Source: Promethearchaeota archaeon
GTDB taxonomy: Archaea > Asgardarchaeota > Lokiarchaeia > Sigyniarchaeales > SOKP01
Assembly (NCBI GenBank): GCA_048938025.1
Contig: JBHLMP010000023.1
Coordinates: forward strand, 1-56,179
DNA: 56,179 nt
Direction: 5' to 3'
Made by a program: the position numbers and the translations under genes. The notes beneath the pieces are model-generated. The model saw only the letters and a list, made by a program, of their open reading frames with translations. It was not told the DNA's origin and made no database searches. Numbering within the stretch: the stretch's first letter is position 1; every line of letters starts with the position of its first letter. Shown here in pieces: positions 1-9,832 of the stretch.

Positions 1-531
1 AGCATCATCCTTAGATTCAAATTCTTTTATTTTTTCAAAAATCATCATTTTTAATCCCATAGGGGGATTTATTTCACTCATCATGCCAAATATGTTCGCC
101 CATTTTAGTTTCAATTCTTCCAAATAGCTATTTCCTAATTCTGTTATCAAATAAAATTTATTTGCACGTCCATCTATTATTTCCTCTTTTGTTTCTAAAT
201 GTTTTCTAACTTCTAAATCTTGTAAGGTTCTAATAAGTGTTCCTCTTGGAAACTTATATTTCTCTTGTAATTGATAACCAGTTATACCGTTAGGATGATC
301 AGAAATTATTAATAAAACTAAATAATCCCTTATCTCTTGAAATAATTCTTTACCGAATGGTAATGGAAATTTGAAATATGAATGAAAAAATGGTGGCATT
401 ACTCCCCCTAAAGGTGGTGGACCGCCGTGTGGTGGCGAATGGGGATGTCCATAATGTTCAGGAGGACCTTGCCCCATGAATCTATGTTTTTCATACTCAG
501 ACCTAAACTGATCTCTATCTCTATTAAACAT
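1..531 (-). CDS. PadR-family winged-helix transcriptional regulator, 3'-truncated by the window edge, His/Pro-rich N-terminus
   Basis: Manual translation from ATG at 531: MFNRDRDQF...GPPEHYGHPHSPPHGGPPP...YLVLLIISDHPNGITGYQLQEKYKFPRGTLIRTLQDLE...GRANKFYLITELGNSYLEELKLKW. Open to position 1; not in the ORF track. Confidence 0.8.
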   Translation of the reverse strand, partial: MFNRDRDQFRSEYEKHRFMGQGPPEHYGHPHSPPHGGPPPLGGVMPPFFHSYFKFPLPFGKELFQEIRDYLVLLIISDHPNGITGYQLQEKYKFPRGTLIRTLQDLEVRKHLETKEEIIDGRANKFYLITELGNSYLEELKLKWANIFGMMSEINPPMGLKMMIFEKIKEFESKDDA

Positions 532-557
532 ATCTTTATCAACTTTAATTAAACTTG

Positions 558-640
558 TTGTCCAAATAGGTCATATGATCAAATAATAAAAACTACTATT
601 TAAACTTTATTGTGTTTTGACATATGTCAAAATTGGACAA
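558..640. promoter_or_regulatory. Paired palindromic operator-like sites in a divergent promoter region
   Basis: Perfect 18-bp palindrome TTTTGACATATGTCAAAA at 615-632. Segment 558-583 is an imperfect inverted copy of 615-640 (TTGTCCAA and CATATG shared). Confidence 0.6.
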
Positions 641-716
641 ATCCCCTTTCTGGGGGAAAGGTAAAACTAATTAAGTCTTGACTCTAAAAATTATTATTAA
701 TGAAAGTGGAAAAACT

Positions 717-2054
717 ATGACAGAAGTTTATATTGAAGATACAAAGAAAGGGATTAAATCAGCCGTAAATCAAATTTTCTCACGAATTGAGAAAAATGGT
801 CACCCACTTCTCAAAAATTCCAAAGAAGTCTATATTAAAGTGAATGGTATTCATTTTAAAAAACATACTTATACATCTCCAGAAGTTTTAGAAACCGTCA
901 TTCTTTATTTAAAAGAAATTGGAGCAGATGTTTATGTAATGGAAAATTGCACACAAGGAAATTTCACTAGGATTGTTTTTGCTGTCACTGGATATAAAGA
1001 AGTATGTGAAAAAACGGGGGCAAAAATAATATATTTAGATGAGGAAGATACAAAAACATTTGAATTTAAAGGCAAACTTTCATCTAAAGATGATCCTAAA
1101 GGATATAATTTGATGACTTTCAGATTACCAATGACTATAGTTAAGATTATGGAAAATAGAGATTCCATAACATATATAAATTTACCAAAATTGAAAACTC
1201 ACAGTATGGGGGTTGTTACACTTGGTATTAAAAATCAATGGGGCTTTCCTCAACATGCAGATCGTGGTAAGGATCACAATTATAATCTCCATTCAAAATT
1301 AGTGGATGTTTATGAACTGATAAAACCAGATCTAACTCTCATTGATGGAACTGAAGGAACTATTCATGGACATTATCCTCCTACGGCATGGGAAGATAAA
1401 TTAGTGATTCCATTTAATATTCTAATTGGTGGTACAGACACATTAGCAGTTGATGTGGTAGGAGCAAGAGTATTTGGATTAACAATTAATGAAGTTCCTC
1501 ATTTAAAGATTGCATTTGAAAGAGGCTTAGGACAAGGAGATTTAAGTAAAATAAGTGTAAACGGTAAAGATTTAGAAGAGTATAAAGAAAAATATGAGTG
1601 GAATTTGCTTCAAAAATTTCCTGAAAATGTTAAAATAGTGAAAGGCAAAGATTTATTATGTAGAGAAGGATGTCAGAATAATCCTTTAACAATTTTGCAA
1701 AGCTTTGCTTACGATTGTCCAGAAAAGTTTAAAGGGGATTGGTTTATAATAATGGGTAAAGGACATGATGATGATCTAATCGAACAATTAAAATCAGAAG
1801 GATATACGAAAGGGTTAGTAGCAGGTTATTGTGCAATTGAAGAAGTTGGAAAAGAACTTAGAAAAGAATTTGGTAGGAGGAATGTGTTTTTTTCAGGTAA
1901 CTGCAATAATCTAGCTGAAACGGTTACTGCTGAACTTAAATTAGCTGGTATGAATGCATTTGATATAACACCCTTATCATATGAAGAAGCGATTAAATTA
2001 CTTCAAGAAGCTCAAAAACATGGCACGAAGGCATTAATCACTACTGCACTCTAA
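717..2054 (+). CDS. DUF362 domain-containing (Fe-S associated) protein
   Basis: VYIKVN, TYTSPEVL, INLPKLKTH, VTLGIKNQWG, PDLTLIDG and DTLAVD motifs; C-terminal CREGC and further Cys. ATG at 717 preferred over TTG at 678. Confidence 0.8.
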   Translation: MTEVYIEDTKKGIKSAVNQIFSRIEKNGHPLLKNSKEVYIKVNGIHFKKHTYTSPEVLETVILYLKEIGADVYVMENCTQGNFTRIVFAVTGYKEVCEKTGAKIIYLDEEDTKTFEFKGKLSSKDDPKGYNLMTFRLPMTIVKIMENRDSITYINLPKLKTHSMGVVTLGIKNQWGFPQHADRGKDHNYNLHSKLVDVYELIKPDLTLIDGTEGTIHGHYPPTAWEDKLVIPFNILIGGTDTLAVDVVGARVFGLTINEVPHLKIAFERGLGQGDLSKISVNGKDLEEYKEKYEWNLLQKFPENVKIVKGKDLLCREGCQNNPLTILQSFAYDCPEKFKGDWFIIMGKGHDDDLIEQLKSEGYTKGLVAGYCAIEEVGKELRKEFGRRNVFFSGNCNNLAETVTAELKLAGMNAFDITPLSYEEAIKLLQEAQKHGTKALITTAL

Positions 2055-2125
2055 AAAAAGTAATTTTTTTTATCTACATTAAAATAAAGAAATTTTTTTA
2101 AAGATTAATAACAAATAAAATTATT

Positions 2126-2875
2126 GTGAATTTAAGTTCTGTTTATTCTGACATAAAACAATTCTTATCAATTTCAGATGAAAACTTTAATTTAGAGAAA
2201 AATATTAATCTCTATTTTAAATCAGAACCAGATGAGAATAAACTGGAACTTTTAGCCGACATTTTAAGTTTTATTAATTACTTCTCAATGTTTAAAGAGA
2301 TTAAACCATTTATGAACTCTCTTTATAGATGTATTAATAATACCATTGAATTTACAACAGATTCAATGAAAGATTTTGAAGAATTGTTAATTAAAAATTC
2401 AATTTTACACTTTGTACAAGAATATATTGATTATTCACAACTAACCTATAAAAGAAAAATTTTAAAATTTTTATCAGATTCATTAGAAAAACTTCAAGTT
2501 CAACCGTTAATCATTAATCTTGGATTACTTCTTAAACCAATGTATCAAGATCGAGAATATATCAATCATTTAGATAAAATCAAAGAAACTGAAGTTACCT
2601 ATGTTTTAGATAATGAAGCAGAATTTCAAATAAAAGAACAAATCGATAATTGGCTTAGATCTCTGAATATTAACTTAGATAACCAAGAAGAAGTAAAAGA
2701 ACGCTTAAAACATGAATTTGATAGCTTAATTCTTAAATATAATATACAACAAAATAATGAAATTTACAAAAGATTACAAATGGAAATTTTGGAAATGTTT
2801 TCAATGAAACTTGCCTTAATAAGCCTTACAATTTTAACTTCAGATGATTCATTGGAACCAATCCCAATCAAGTAA
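2126..2875 (+). CDS. Hypothetical protein
   Basis: 249-aa ORF with host-like composition; no recognised motif. Confidence 0.7.
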   Translation: MNLSSVYSDIKQFLSISDENFNLEKNINLYFKSEPDENKLELLADILSFINYFSMFKEIKPFMNSLYRCINNTIEFTTDSMKDFEELLIKNSILHFVQEYIDYSQLTYKRKILKFLSDSLEKLQVQPLIINLGLLLKPMYQDREYINHLDKIKETEVTYVLDNEAEFQIKEQIDNWLRSLNINLDNQEEVKERLKHEFDSLILKYNIQQNNEIYKRLQMEILEMFSMKLALISLTILTSDDSLEPIPIK

Positions 2876-3017
2876 TATATCAAAGAATTTAGTACTAATT
2901 CTGATAATAGTATTAAATCTAAAATCCAAATTCTTAACTTGAACTTAAAAATAATTAAATACTTATTTTGATATTATATTTAAAAATAACTTAATTATTT
3001 CTCCGAGAGTGAGAATA

Positions 3018-4379
3018 ATGGGAAATAATGAAAAACCCTTAACTAGTAAAGAAATAGAAAGACAAAAGAAAATTGTTGATAAAATCTATAAGAAAGAAAA
3101 GGAAGAAAGAGATGCCTATTTAAAAGATACAGAAAAAGAGAGAAAAAAATCCTTCGAAGAAAGTAAAGAACATATTATAGATTCAATTGAGGAAAAAGCT
3201 TTTATAATTGAAAAGAAGAGGGAAAAAGATATTGAAAGATTAGAAATAAAAACAGATATCGAAGGAGTAGCTAAAAAAATCGAAAAATCTATTGGAGAAA
3301 AAGCTTTTACTATTGATCGCCAGAAAGAAAGTGCTACACAATTAAAGGAAATGCACCCAGATATTATTGGAATTGCAGAAAAGATCGAGAAATCCGTTGG
3401 AGAAAAGGCTTTCATGATTGATCGCCAGAAGGTAACTGCAGCACAAAGAAAAGAGTTAAAACCCGATATGGAAGGCGTTGCAGAAAAGATCGAGAAATTT
3501 ATTGGAGAAAAAGCTTTTACTATTGATCGTCAAAAGGAAAGTGCTACACAATTAAAGGAAATGCACCCAGATATTATTGGAACTGCAGAAAAGATCGAAA
3601 AATCCGTTGGAGAAAAGGCTTTCATGATCGATCGCCAGAAGGAAACTGCAGCACAAAGAAAAGAGTTAAAACCTGATATAGAAGGTATTGCAGAAAAAAT
3701 TGAGAAGTCGGTTGGAGAAAAGGCATTTATAATTGATCGTCAAAAGGAAAGTGCTACACAATTAAAGGAAATGCACCCAGATATTATTGGAACTGCAGAA
3801 AAGATCGAAAAATCCGTTGGAGAAAAGGCTTTCATGATCGATCGCCAGAAGGAAACTGCAGCACAAAGAAAAGAGTTAAAACCTGATATAGAAGGTATTG
3901 CAGAAAAAATTGAGAAAGCAATTAAGGATAAGGCTTTCATGGTTAACCGACAAAAAAACAGTGTTGCTCAATTAAAAGAAATACATCCAGATATAGAGGG
4001 GGCCGCCGAGAAAATAGAAAAATCAATTGAAGAAAAAAGCTTTATAATTAGTCGCCAAAAAGATAGCGTTGCTCAATTAAAGGAAATTCATCCTGATATA
4101 GAGTCGACTGCTGAAAAAATAGAAAAATCTGTAGGTGAAAAAGCCTTTTTGATAGATCGCCAGAAAGAAAGTGTTGCTAAAAGAAAAGAGTTAAAACCTG
4201 ATATAGAAATCACAGGAAAAAAAATCTTTGGCGCTGTAGAAAAGCATGCTAAACGTATAGAAAAACAGCGTAATATAGATGCTCGCAAGATTGAAATAAA
4301 AACAGAAGCTAGAGACATTGTTGAAAAATTCAAAGATAAAGTTGGTAAAATTAAAAAAAGTGAAGAAGAAGAGGATTAA
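3018..4379 (+). CDS. Charged helical protein with about 10-11 tandem 35-aa repeats
   Basis: Repeat unit PD(I/M)xGxAEKIEKSVGEKAFxIDRQKExxxQxKExx. ATG at 3018 (ORF track starts at GTG 3009). Confidence 0.85.
   Translation: MGNNEKPLTSKEIERQKKIVDKIYKKEKEERDAYLKDTEKERKKSFEESKEHIIDSIEEKAFIIEKKREKDIERLEIKTDIEGVAKKIEKSIGEKAFTIDRQKESATQLKEMHPDIIGIAEKIEKSVGEKAFMIDRQKVTAAQRKELKPDMEGVAEKIEKFIGEKAFTIDRQKESATQLKEMHPDIIGTAEKIEKSVGEKAFMIDRQKETAAQRKELKPDIEGIAEKIEKSVGEKAFIIDRQKESATQLKEMHPDIIGTAEKIEKSVGEKAFMIDRQKETAAQRKELKPDIEGIAEKIEKAIKDKAFMVNRQKNSVAQLKEIHPDIEGAAEKIEKSIEEKSFIISRQKDSVAQLKEIHPDIESTAEKIEKSVGEKAFLIDRQKESVAKRKELKPDIEITGKKIFGAVEKHAKRIEKQRNIDARKIEIKTEARDIVEKFKDKVGKIKKSEEEED
3250..4210 (+). repeat. 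Coding tandem repeat, 105-bp unit with a 210-bp A/B super-repeat
   Basis: ATGCACCCAGATATTATTGG recurs at 3351, 3561 and 3771 (210-bp period); central copies nearly identical. Boundaries approximate. Confidence 0.9.
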
Positions 4380-4380
4380 A

Positions 4381-4878
4381 TTAAAAATTAATTTTAAACT
4401 TAAATAATGAGTTCAAATTCATACTCTCTAATTTTTCTTTGTATTTTAAAAGTGCGGGATCTATTATCCCTTTAAAGGTATTTATATAATTCTTATATTT
4501 CATATAAAAATCTTCAACAATTTCTCGTAAAATACCTCTTTCTATTTGAAGATTGTTTTTTTTAGTAATAGCAATAACAATCAATCTCCCTCTTCTTTCA
4601 TATAATATTCGTGTCTCTCTAAAATTGATATCTTGAATTTCTTCATTATTATCTGCATTGATTTCTTTAATAAATAAATTGAGAGCAATTAAAAAATTAC
4701 TAATTAGATCTTCACTTAATAGACTTGATTTAACAGTATATCTTTTACTTAAAAGAAGAGAACCACTAAAACTATCAACAAAGTAAATAGCATGAAACCC
4801 ATAATCGTTATTGCTTATCTTTTCTAATGCAAACCCAAATTGCTTTTCATCATGATTTGCATTATCTCTTATATACAT
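4381..4878 (-). CDS. Longin-like domain protein (Asgard type)
   Basis: AIYFVDSFSGSLLLSKRY...SEDLISNFLIALNLFIKEI...IQDINF...ILYER...LIVIAIT pattern. Confidence 0.7.
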   Translation of the reverse strand: MYIRDNANHDEKQFGFALEKISNNDYGFHAIYFVDSFSGSLLLSKRYTVKSSLLSEDLISNFLIALNLFIKEINADNNEEIQDINFRETRILYERRGRLIVIAITKKNNLQIERGILREIVEDFYMKYKNYINTFKGIIDPALLKYKEKLESMNLNSLFKFKINF

Positions 4879-5127
4879 AATTTCTCCTTCAAACTTGACG
4901 TAAATTGTTATTTAGAATTTGATGTTAAATATTGAAAAATTGACTTAAATATAAAATACAAATGTTATCAATGTAATATCTAAATTATCTCCTTTTCATA
5001 TAGGTTTAATATTTGGTAGAATTGGATTATAACTTAGTCTTTTACTAAATGTTTATAACTAAAGGTTTATAAATAGAAACATATATATATTTTTACTAAA
5101 TAATTACTTTTAATTACTCCAAAATTT

Positions 5128-5595
5128 TTGATTATTATGGTAGCAGAAAAATTAGAGGAGAAAAATAAAATCTCTGTAGGTATGATTATTACTAATGAAG
5201 AATTAAATAATAACCGTATTTTTCCTTCAGAAATTAAAGAAGAGATTTTAAGATCGCCCTATTATTTGCTAATTTTTATTTCACGAGAAGATGTTGTTAA
5301 AATTAGCTGTTTTCCTACAAAAAAGAACAATATTAAAAAAATACTTATTAAATTGAAAGAATTTTCACCAGATCTCGTGAAAGGGATCTCCAATGTGTTA
5401 AATGAACTTAATTTAAGTAAAGACATATTACACACGACCGGTTTATGTTACGAAATGGAAAAATGTTTTTATGAGACTTATTTAACTAGCGATATAATAG
5501 ATTCAGGACAATTAAATGTTGAAACACTTAAAAATAAATTCATGTCTGTAGCAAATGTAATAAATGTTTTCATAGAAGATATACCCTTTTTGTAG
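5128..5595 (+). CDS. Hypothetical protein, possible C-terminal ACT-like domain
   Basis: 155-aa ORF; IKLKEFSPDLVKGISNVL...ILHTTG resembles the ACT beta-alpha-beta pattern. Start probably ATG 5137. Confidence 0.55.
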   Translation: MIIMVAEKLEEKNKISVGMIITNEELNNNRIFPSEIKEEILRSPYYLLIFISREDVVKISCFPTKKNNIKKILIKLKEFSPDLVKGISNVLNELNLSKDILHTTGLCYEMEKCFYETYLTSDIIDSGQLNVETLKNKFMSVANVINVFIEDIPFL

Positions 5596-5710
5596 AGTTT
5601 AATTAACGTATATCAGATTGTCTGCTGAGAAAATATGGTTAATGTTTAACATATGACCATAATAATGATATTGGAATTGTTAAAAGGAAAAATATAGTAT
5701 TGTGGAAATT

Positions 5711-5923
5711 ATGAATGATAAAAAAATACCACCACCTCCAGTATTACCCCCAAGTATTGAAATCAAAAATATGGATAATTTTTGCCTCTTCCATAAAGGT
5801 CAAATAAAAGGAGAGATCTATACTTGTCCTAAATGCAAAACAAAATATTGTTTAAAATGTGCTAAAGAAGCTAGAAATGAAGGGAACTATTGTGTAAAAT
5901 GTAGACAGTTAATTTTAATTTAA
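5711..5923 (+). CDS. Small RING-like zinc-finger protein with a polyproline N-terminus
   Basis: Eight ligands CLFH-x9-CPKC-x4-CLKC-x10-CVKC, preceded by IPPPPVLPPS. Confidence 0.75.
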   Translation: MNDKKIPPPPVLPPSIEIKNMDNFCLFHKGQIKGEIYTCPKCKTKYCLKCAKEARNEGNYCVKCRQLILI

Positions 5924-5943
5924 TTTTTAATATTTCTTTTTTT

Positions 5944-6336
5944 TTAATTTGTCTTCTTTATTGAAGAAAGTGAGCGCCAAGCTTTCCAAAAAATTAACCA
6001 TAATATTATAAAAATTAATAGTGCTGTTACAACAGTATAACCTCCAATAAAAAGATCAATTAAAATCAAAAAGGGTATACCTGCTCCTGAGAACCCAAAC
6101 ATATATCCATAACCCCAATATCTATTCTTTATTGCAATTAATACTCCTGGTATTATTGATGTGAATATTATTGATAAATAAGACCAGATTTCCATTGAAT
6201 CTAAAATAACTAACATATTTATCCAAGATACAGCAAATCCTATAATGATAAATACTACAGTCCCGATATCAAATTTGAACTCTGGCTCAGATCTTCCAAC
6301 TGTTTGCTTCTTTTTCATGTTTTCCATAATAATCAA
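5944..6336 (-). CDS. Small membrane protein (about 4 TM)
   Basis: Four hydrophobic segments in 130 aa. Confidence 0.75.
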   Translation of the reverse strand: MIIMENMKKKQTVGRSEPEFKFDIGTVVFIIIGFAVSWINMLVILDSMEIWSYLSIIFTSIIPGVLIAIKNRYWGYGYMFGFSGAGIPFLILIDLFIGGYTVVTALLIFIILWLIFWKAWRSLSSIKKTN

Positions 6337-6617
6337 CGAAGGTTTATTCCATTAATTCAAAAAGAAATTACAATAGATACGAGAACTTCTAAAAATTTAG
6401 TTTTTCTAATTTTTTACTTGATTTAAAATATCTCTTATTTCTTTTTAATTTTAAGAAAATTTAAAATTAATGATTTAAATAAGTAGATTTTATTATTTGA
6501 TTATAGAATTAATTTATAAACTCTAAAACATATAGTAAGTATAAGATAAAAATTTAATTTCCAAATATCATATTAAAACCAAAAATAAGATAGGAAAAAA
6601 AATTCATTAAAAACCCA

Positions 6618-6738
6618 TGACTCCTGCCTACACCCTGGATTTTTGTCTTTTGGTAGTGTAAGTCTTTACACTCTGATTTCGCCCTCCTCCCCCTATTTTA
6701 TTTTTGACCTTGTATTTAGGTCTTGTTGGCAGGAGTCA
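6618..6738. ncRNA. Candidate structured RNA or cis-element (121 nt)
   Basis: GC-rich island in an AT-rich spacer. Terminal arms 6618-6632 and 6724-6738 pair 14/15; internal hairpins GTGTAA/TTACAC and GACCT/AGGTC. Confidence 0.45.
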
Positions 6739-6945
6739 CCTTTTAAATCTAAAGGACAATGTTTAATTAAGGTGAAAATTGAAACATCTAAATAACATTT
6801 TAATAAAATTTCAGCTATTTTTTAATAATATTGATAATAATATCGAGATTATTAAAATACTTAAATAGCTTGAAGGGTTATTTTGTTAAAACAACCATTT
6901 ATTAAAATACTATTCTAAATAAATTACAAATATGTATTGATTCTT

Positions 6946-8676
6946 ATGACTGAAGGATTAACTCAAGAAGTTCAAAGAAAAGAAGAAATTATTCGAACAA
7001 CAACCAGCTTATGTCCAGAATGTTTACAACAAATTCCCGCCGAGATTTATGTTGATTCAGAAACAGATTGGGTGATGATGAGAAAAACATGCGAAGATCA
7101 TGGAGATTTCAAAGATAAGCTTTCAATTCATCCAGAAGATTATAAATGGCAAATGTCATTTACAGATGATATTGGTTCTACTGTAGATAACTCTACAAAA
7201 CCAGAATATACATCATCTGGGATTAAAGAAATAAAAAAGGGTTGTCCTTATGATTGTGGACTATGTGATAATCACCAAAGTGCTCCAAATATCTGTCTTA
7301 TCGATATAACTAATCGCTGCAATTTAACTTGCCCTATTTGTTTCGCCAATGCAAGTGCTAAAGGATATGTAGTAGAACCTACGTTTAATCAAGTAGTTCA
7401 AATCATGGAACACTTTAGATCCATGAAACCTGTCCCTGCTGTCATGCTCCAAATATCTGGTGGAGAACCAACAATAAGAGATGACCTACCTGATATCATT
7501 CGTAAAGGAGGAGAATTAGGATTTACTGAAATCATGGTTACTACAAATGGAGTAAGATTTGCAAAATCTATTGATTTTCTTCAACAATGTAAGGATGCTG
7601 GAATGAATGCTATATATCTCCAATTTGATGCAACCGACGATCCAGAGGCTTGGAAAAAAATTAGAGGCGTTAATTTATGGCCACTGAAGAAAAGAGTTAT
7701 TGAAAATTGTCGAAAAATTGGATTTTTTGGTGTTATGCTAGTTCCTGTAATTGCCAAAGGTGTTAACGATCATCAAATTGGTAACATTATGAATTATGCT
7801 AAAAACAATACTGATGTTATATCAGGAGTAATATTTCAACCAGTTGCTTTATGTGGTCGTATTAGTTTTGAAGAATTAATGGATATAAGATACACAACCT
7901 CTGATTTAAAAGATGCTATAAATGAATGTACAAATAACGCAATAGGTAAATTCTACCCAATCGCAACCACGGCTAAAATGACGAGACTATTAGCGTGGTT
8001 CGATAACCAGCCTGAATTTGGTATGACGAGCCATCATGACTGTGGTTTTTGTACCATTTGCATTGTAAATGAGAAAGACGAATGGGACCAAATCGAAAAA
8101 TATTTCGATACAGAAGGATTAATTAAATGGTCTAATAAAGTCTATGATATGGTTCAAGGTAAAGAAATTCCTAAACCTACTGGTTTCTTGAAGGGTATTA
8201 ACTTAGAGGATTTCGGAGCAATTGCAAGTACTATAGGTAAATTCGTTGATGAAATAACAGATCTCGGGTACAGGCAAATGATGAAAGCCTATTTCTTTGC
8301 AGGGGCATTAAAATTTATAAAAAACCCTGAAAAAATTCTAACAAGTAAAACTCTTCAAGGATTCATCCGTCTAGTTGCGTCTCCTAACTACAATTCAGCA
8401 GCAAACTTTCTACACACCCGTAATCTCATGATAAGTGCCATGCACTTCCAAGACGCATATAATTTCGATTTGGAGCGAGTAAGGCGATGTTTGGTTCATT
8501 ACGGCGTAATAGATCCAGACAATTCAGGTAAGGTTTTAGAGGTTCCATTTTGTGCCATGAACACATTACATCGGGAGCGTATAGAGCTAGCCCTTGCCAT
8601 ACAAGGCGAACAGGCTAAGAAGCCTGAAGTAATCCAAGCGGAAATCGAGGAACTTCTGGAGACCGTTAAGGACTAA
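6946..8676 (+). CDS. tes: Radical SAM tetraether lipid synthase (Tes/GDGT-MAS, MJ0619 family)
   Basis: N-terminal SLCPEC...CEDHG, GCPYDCGLCDNH, radical SAM CNLTCPIC, SGGEPT, C-terminal YNFDLERVRRC...PFCAMN. Confidence 0.85.
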   Translation: MTEGLTQEVQRKEEIIRTTTSLCPECLQQIPAEIYVDSETDWVMMRKTCEDHGDFKDKLSIHPEDYKWQMSFTDDIGSTVDNSTKPEYTSSGIKEIKKGCPYDCGLCDNHQSAPNICLIDITNRCNLTCPICFANASAKGYVVEPTFNQVVQIMEHFRSMKPVPAVMLQISGGEPTIRDDLPDIIRKGGELGFTEIMVTTNGVRFAKSIDFLQQCKDAGMNAIYLQFDATDDPEAWKKIRGVNLWPLKKRVIENCRKIGFFGVMLVPVIAKGVNDHQIGNIMNYAKNNTDVISGVIFQPVALCGRISFEELMDIRYTTSDLKDAINECTNNAIGKFYPIATTAKMTRLLAWFDNQPEFGMTSHHDCGFCTICIVNEKDEWDQIEKYFDTEGLIKWSNKVYDMVQGKEIPKPTGFLKGINLEDFGAIASTIGKFVDEITDLGYRQMMKAYFFAGALKFIKNPEKILTSKTLQGFIRLVASPNYNSAANFLHTRNLMISAMHFQDAYNFDLERVRRCLVHYGVIDPDNSGKVLEVPFCAMNTLHRERIELALAIQGEQAKKPEVIQAEIEELLETVKD

Positions 8677-8887
8677 TTATCTTTATTTTATATTTTTAAT
8701 TTCGATTTTTTCATACTTTTTTATTCCTAAAAATTATATTATCTTAATTTAGAAATACAAAAAAAGGTAGATCACTTAAGATTTTTTTAGTCTATAGTTA
8801 CTTGATATTAAGACTCTAGAAAGGGAACAGCTAATTCAGTAATAAATCATCATAGTAAATAGTAGTATCTTCGATTGGTATAATTAA

Positions 8888-8915
8888 ACGCATACAATTT
8901 CGATCTGGAACGTGT
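8888..8915 (+). repeat. Diverged copy of tes 8453-8480 (AYNFDLERV); possible integration scar
   Basis: 24/28 nt identical; all four differences synonymous (TAT/TAC, TTG/CTG, GAG/GAA, CGA/CGT). Confidence 0.75.
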
Positions 8916-9019
8916 TCATTCGATATCTAAAAATTGTATGCTAACTTAGGTTTAAAAGGAAATTTTATTAACTATTGATGGTATTCACGGAACTATTATT
9001 ATGTAGGTGTTGCAAAAAA

Positions 9020-9832
9020 TCAATAAAAGAAGATTAAATCCACTGAAATGATAGCTACAGCAGCCCCAAATGCGATAATAATGGCAGACCAATCAACTTT
9101 TGATATTTCAGTATGTGATATTCGATCTAAGACCGGAAAAGCTGGTTTGTAAAGTGCCATTAGTAAGATATTAAATCCTATGGCTGAAAAAAGCGGAATC
9201 GATTTATCCTCTAATAGATTTGGAGCAAATATGGATACATAAAATACAACAAAAATAAAGTATAATATAGATCCACTCGATATGAAAACTCGTTTCCAGT
9301 ATGAGTCACGCAAAGAAACATTGACTAATGGCATTAGAAGGAGCATAATGGTACTCCCGATAATTATAAAGACAGCCGCAATAATACCCATTATAATAGG
9401 TGATACTCCTCCGATCTCCATCACTTTTCCCCAATCAGATAACATGGGGAGATCCCCAATATCGATTAAAATTCCTACGCCTTCTACTATAAAATTCGTT
9501 CCTGCTAACATCAGTAATGGCAGAAGCTTAGGATTACGTTTACGCCATAATACAAGCGTAATGATAGAAGAACAAAAGAGATTAAATAGTGGTCCCATGG
9601 CTCCTGTAAAAGGGAAGAATTTTATAGGAACATAGCTGCAGGAAACATGTGATTCGGTAAAAGGATTAACATGTATTTCAATGTCAGAAATACCTCCTAC
9701 TATTAAGTATGCAAGAGCATGGCCAGTTTCATGAATTGTAAGTCCTAAGCAATAACTAAAGGTATATGCTCCTAGCATTAACAACATCGATTTTAAAGCA
9801 GAGAACTCATACACTTTTGAAGGTTCATTCAT
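9020..9832 (-). CDS. Membrane zinc metalloprotease-like protein (peptidase M50/M50B-like)
   Basis: HETGH within a TM segment, GAMGPLFN, SDW; multiple TM helices. Confidence 0.7.
   Translation of the reverse strand: MNEPSKVYEFSALKSMLLMLGAYTFSYCLGLTIHETGHALAYLIVGGISDIEIHVNPFTESHVSCSYVPIKFFPFTGAMGPLFNLFCSSIITLVLWRKRNPKLLPLLMLAGTNFIVEGVGILIDIGDLPMLSDWGKVMEIGGVSPIIMGIIAAVFIIIGSTIMLLLMPLVNVSLRDSYWKRVFISSGSILYFIFVVFYVSIFAPNLLEDKSIPLFSAIGFNILLMALYKPAFPVLDRISHTEISKVDWSAIIIAFGAAVAIISVDLIFFY

Noticed and set aside
3250-4210. Repeat array read as CRISPR
   Set aside because: Contiguous in-frame coding repeats with no unique spacers and no cas genes.
6618-6738. 5S rRNA or tRNA-Sec
   Set aside because: Length fits 5S, but no CCGAAC-type 5S loop and no T-loop or cloverleaf was found on either strand.
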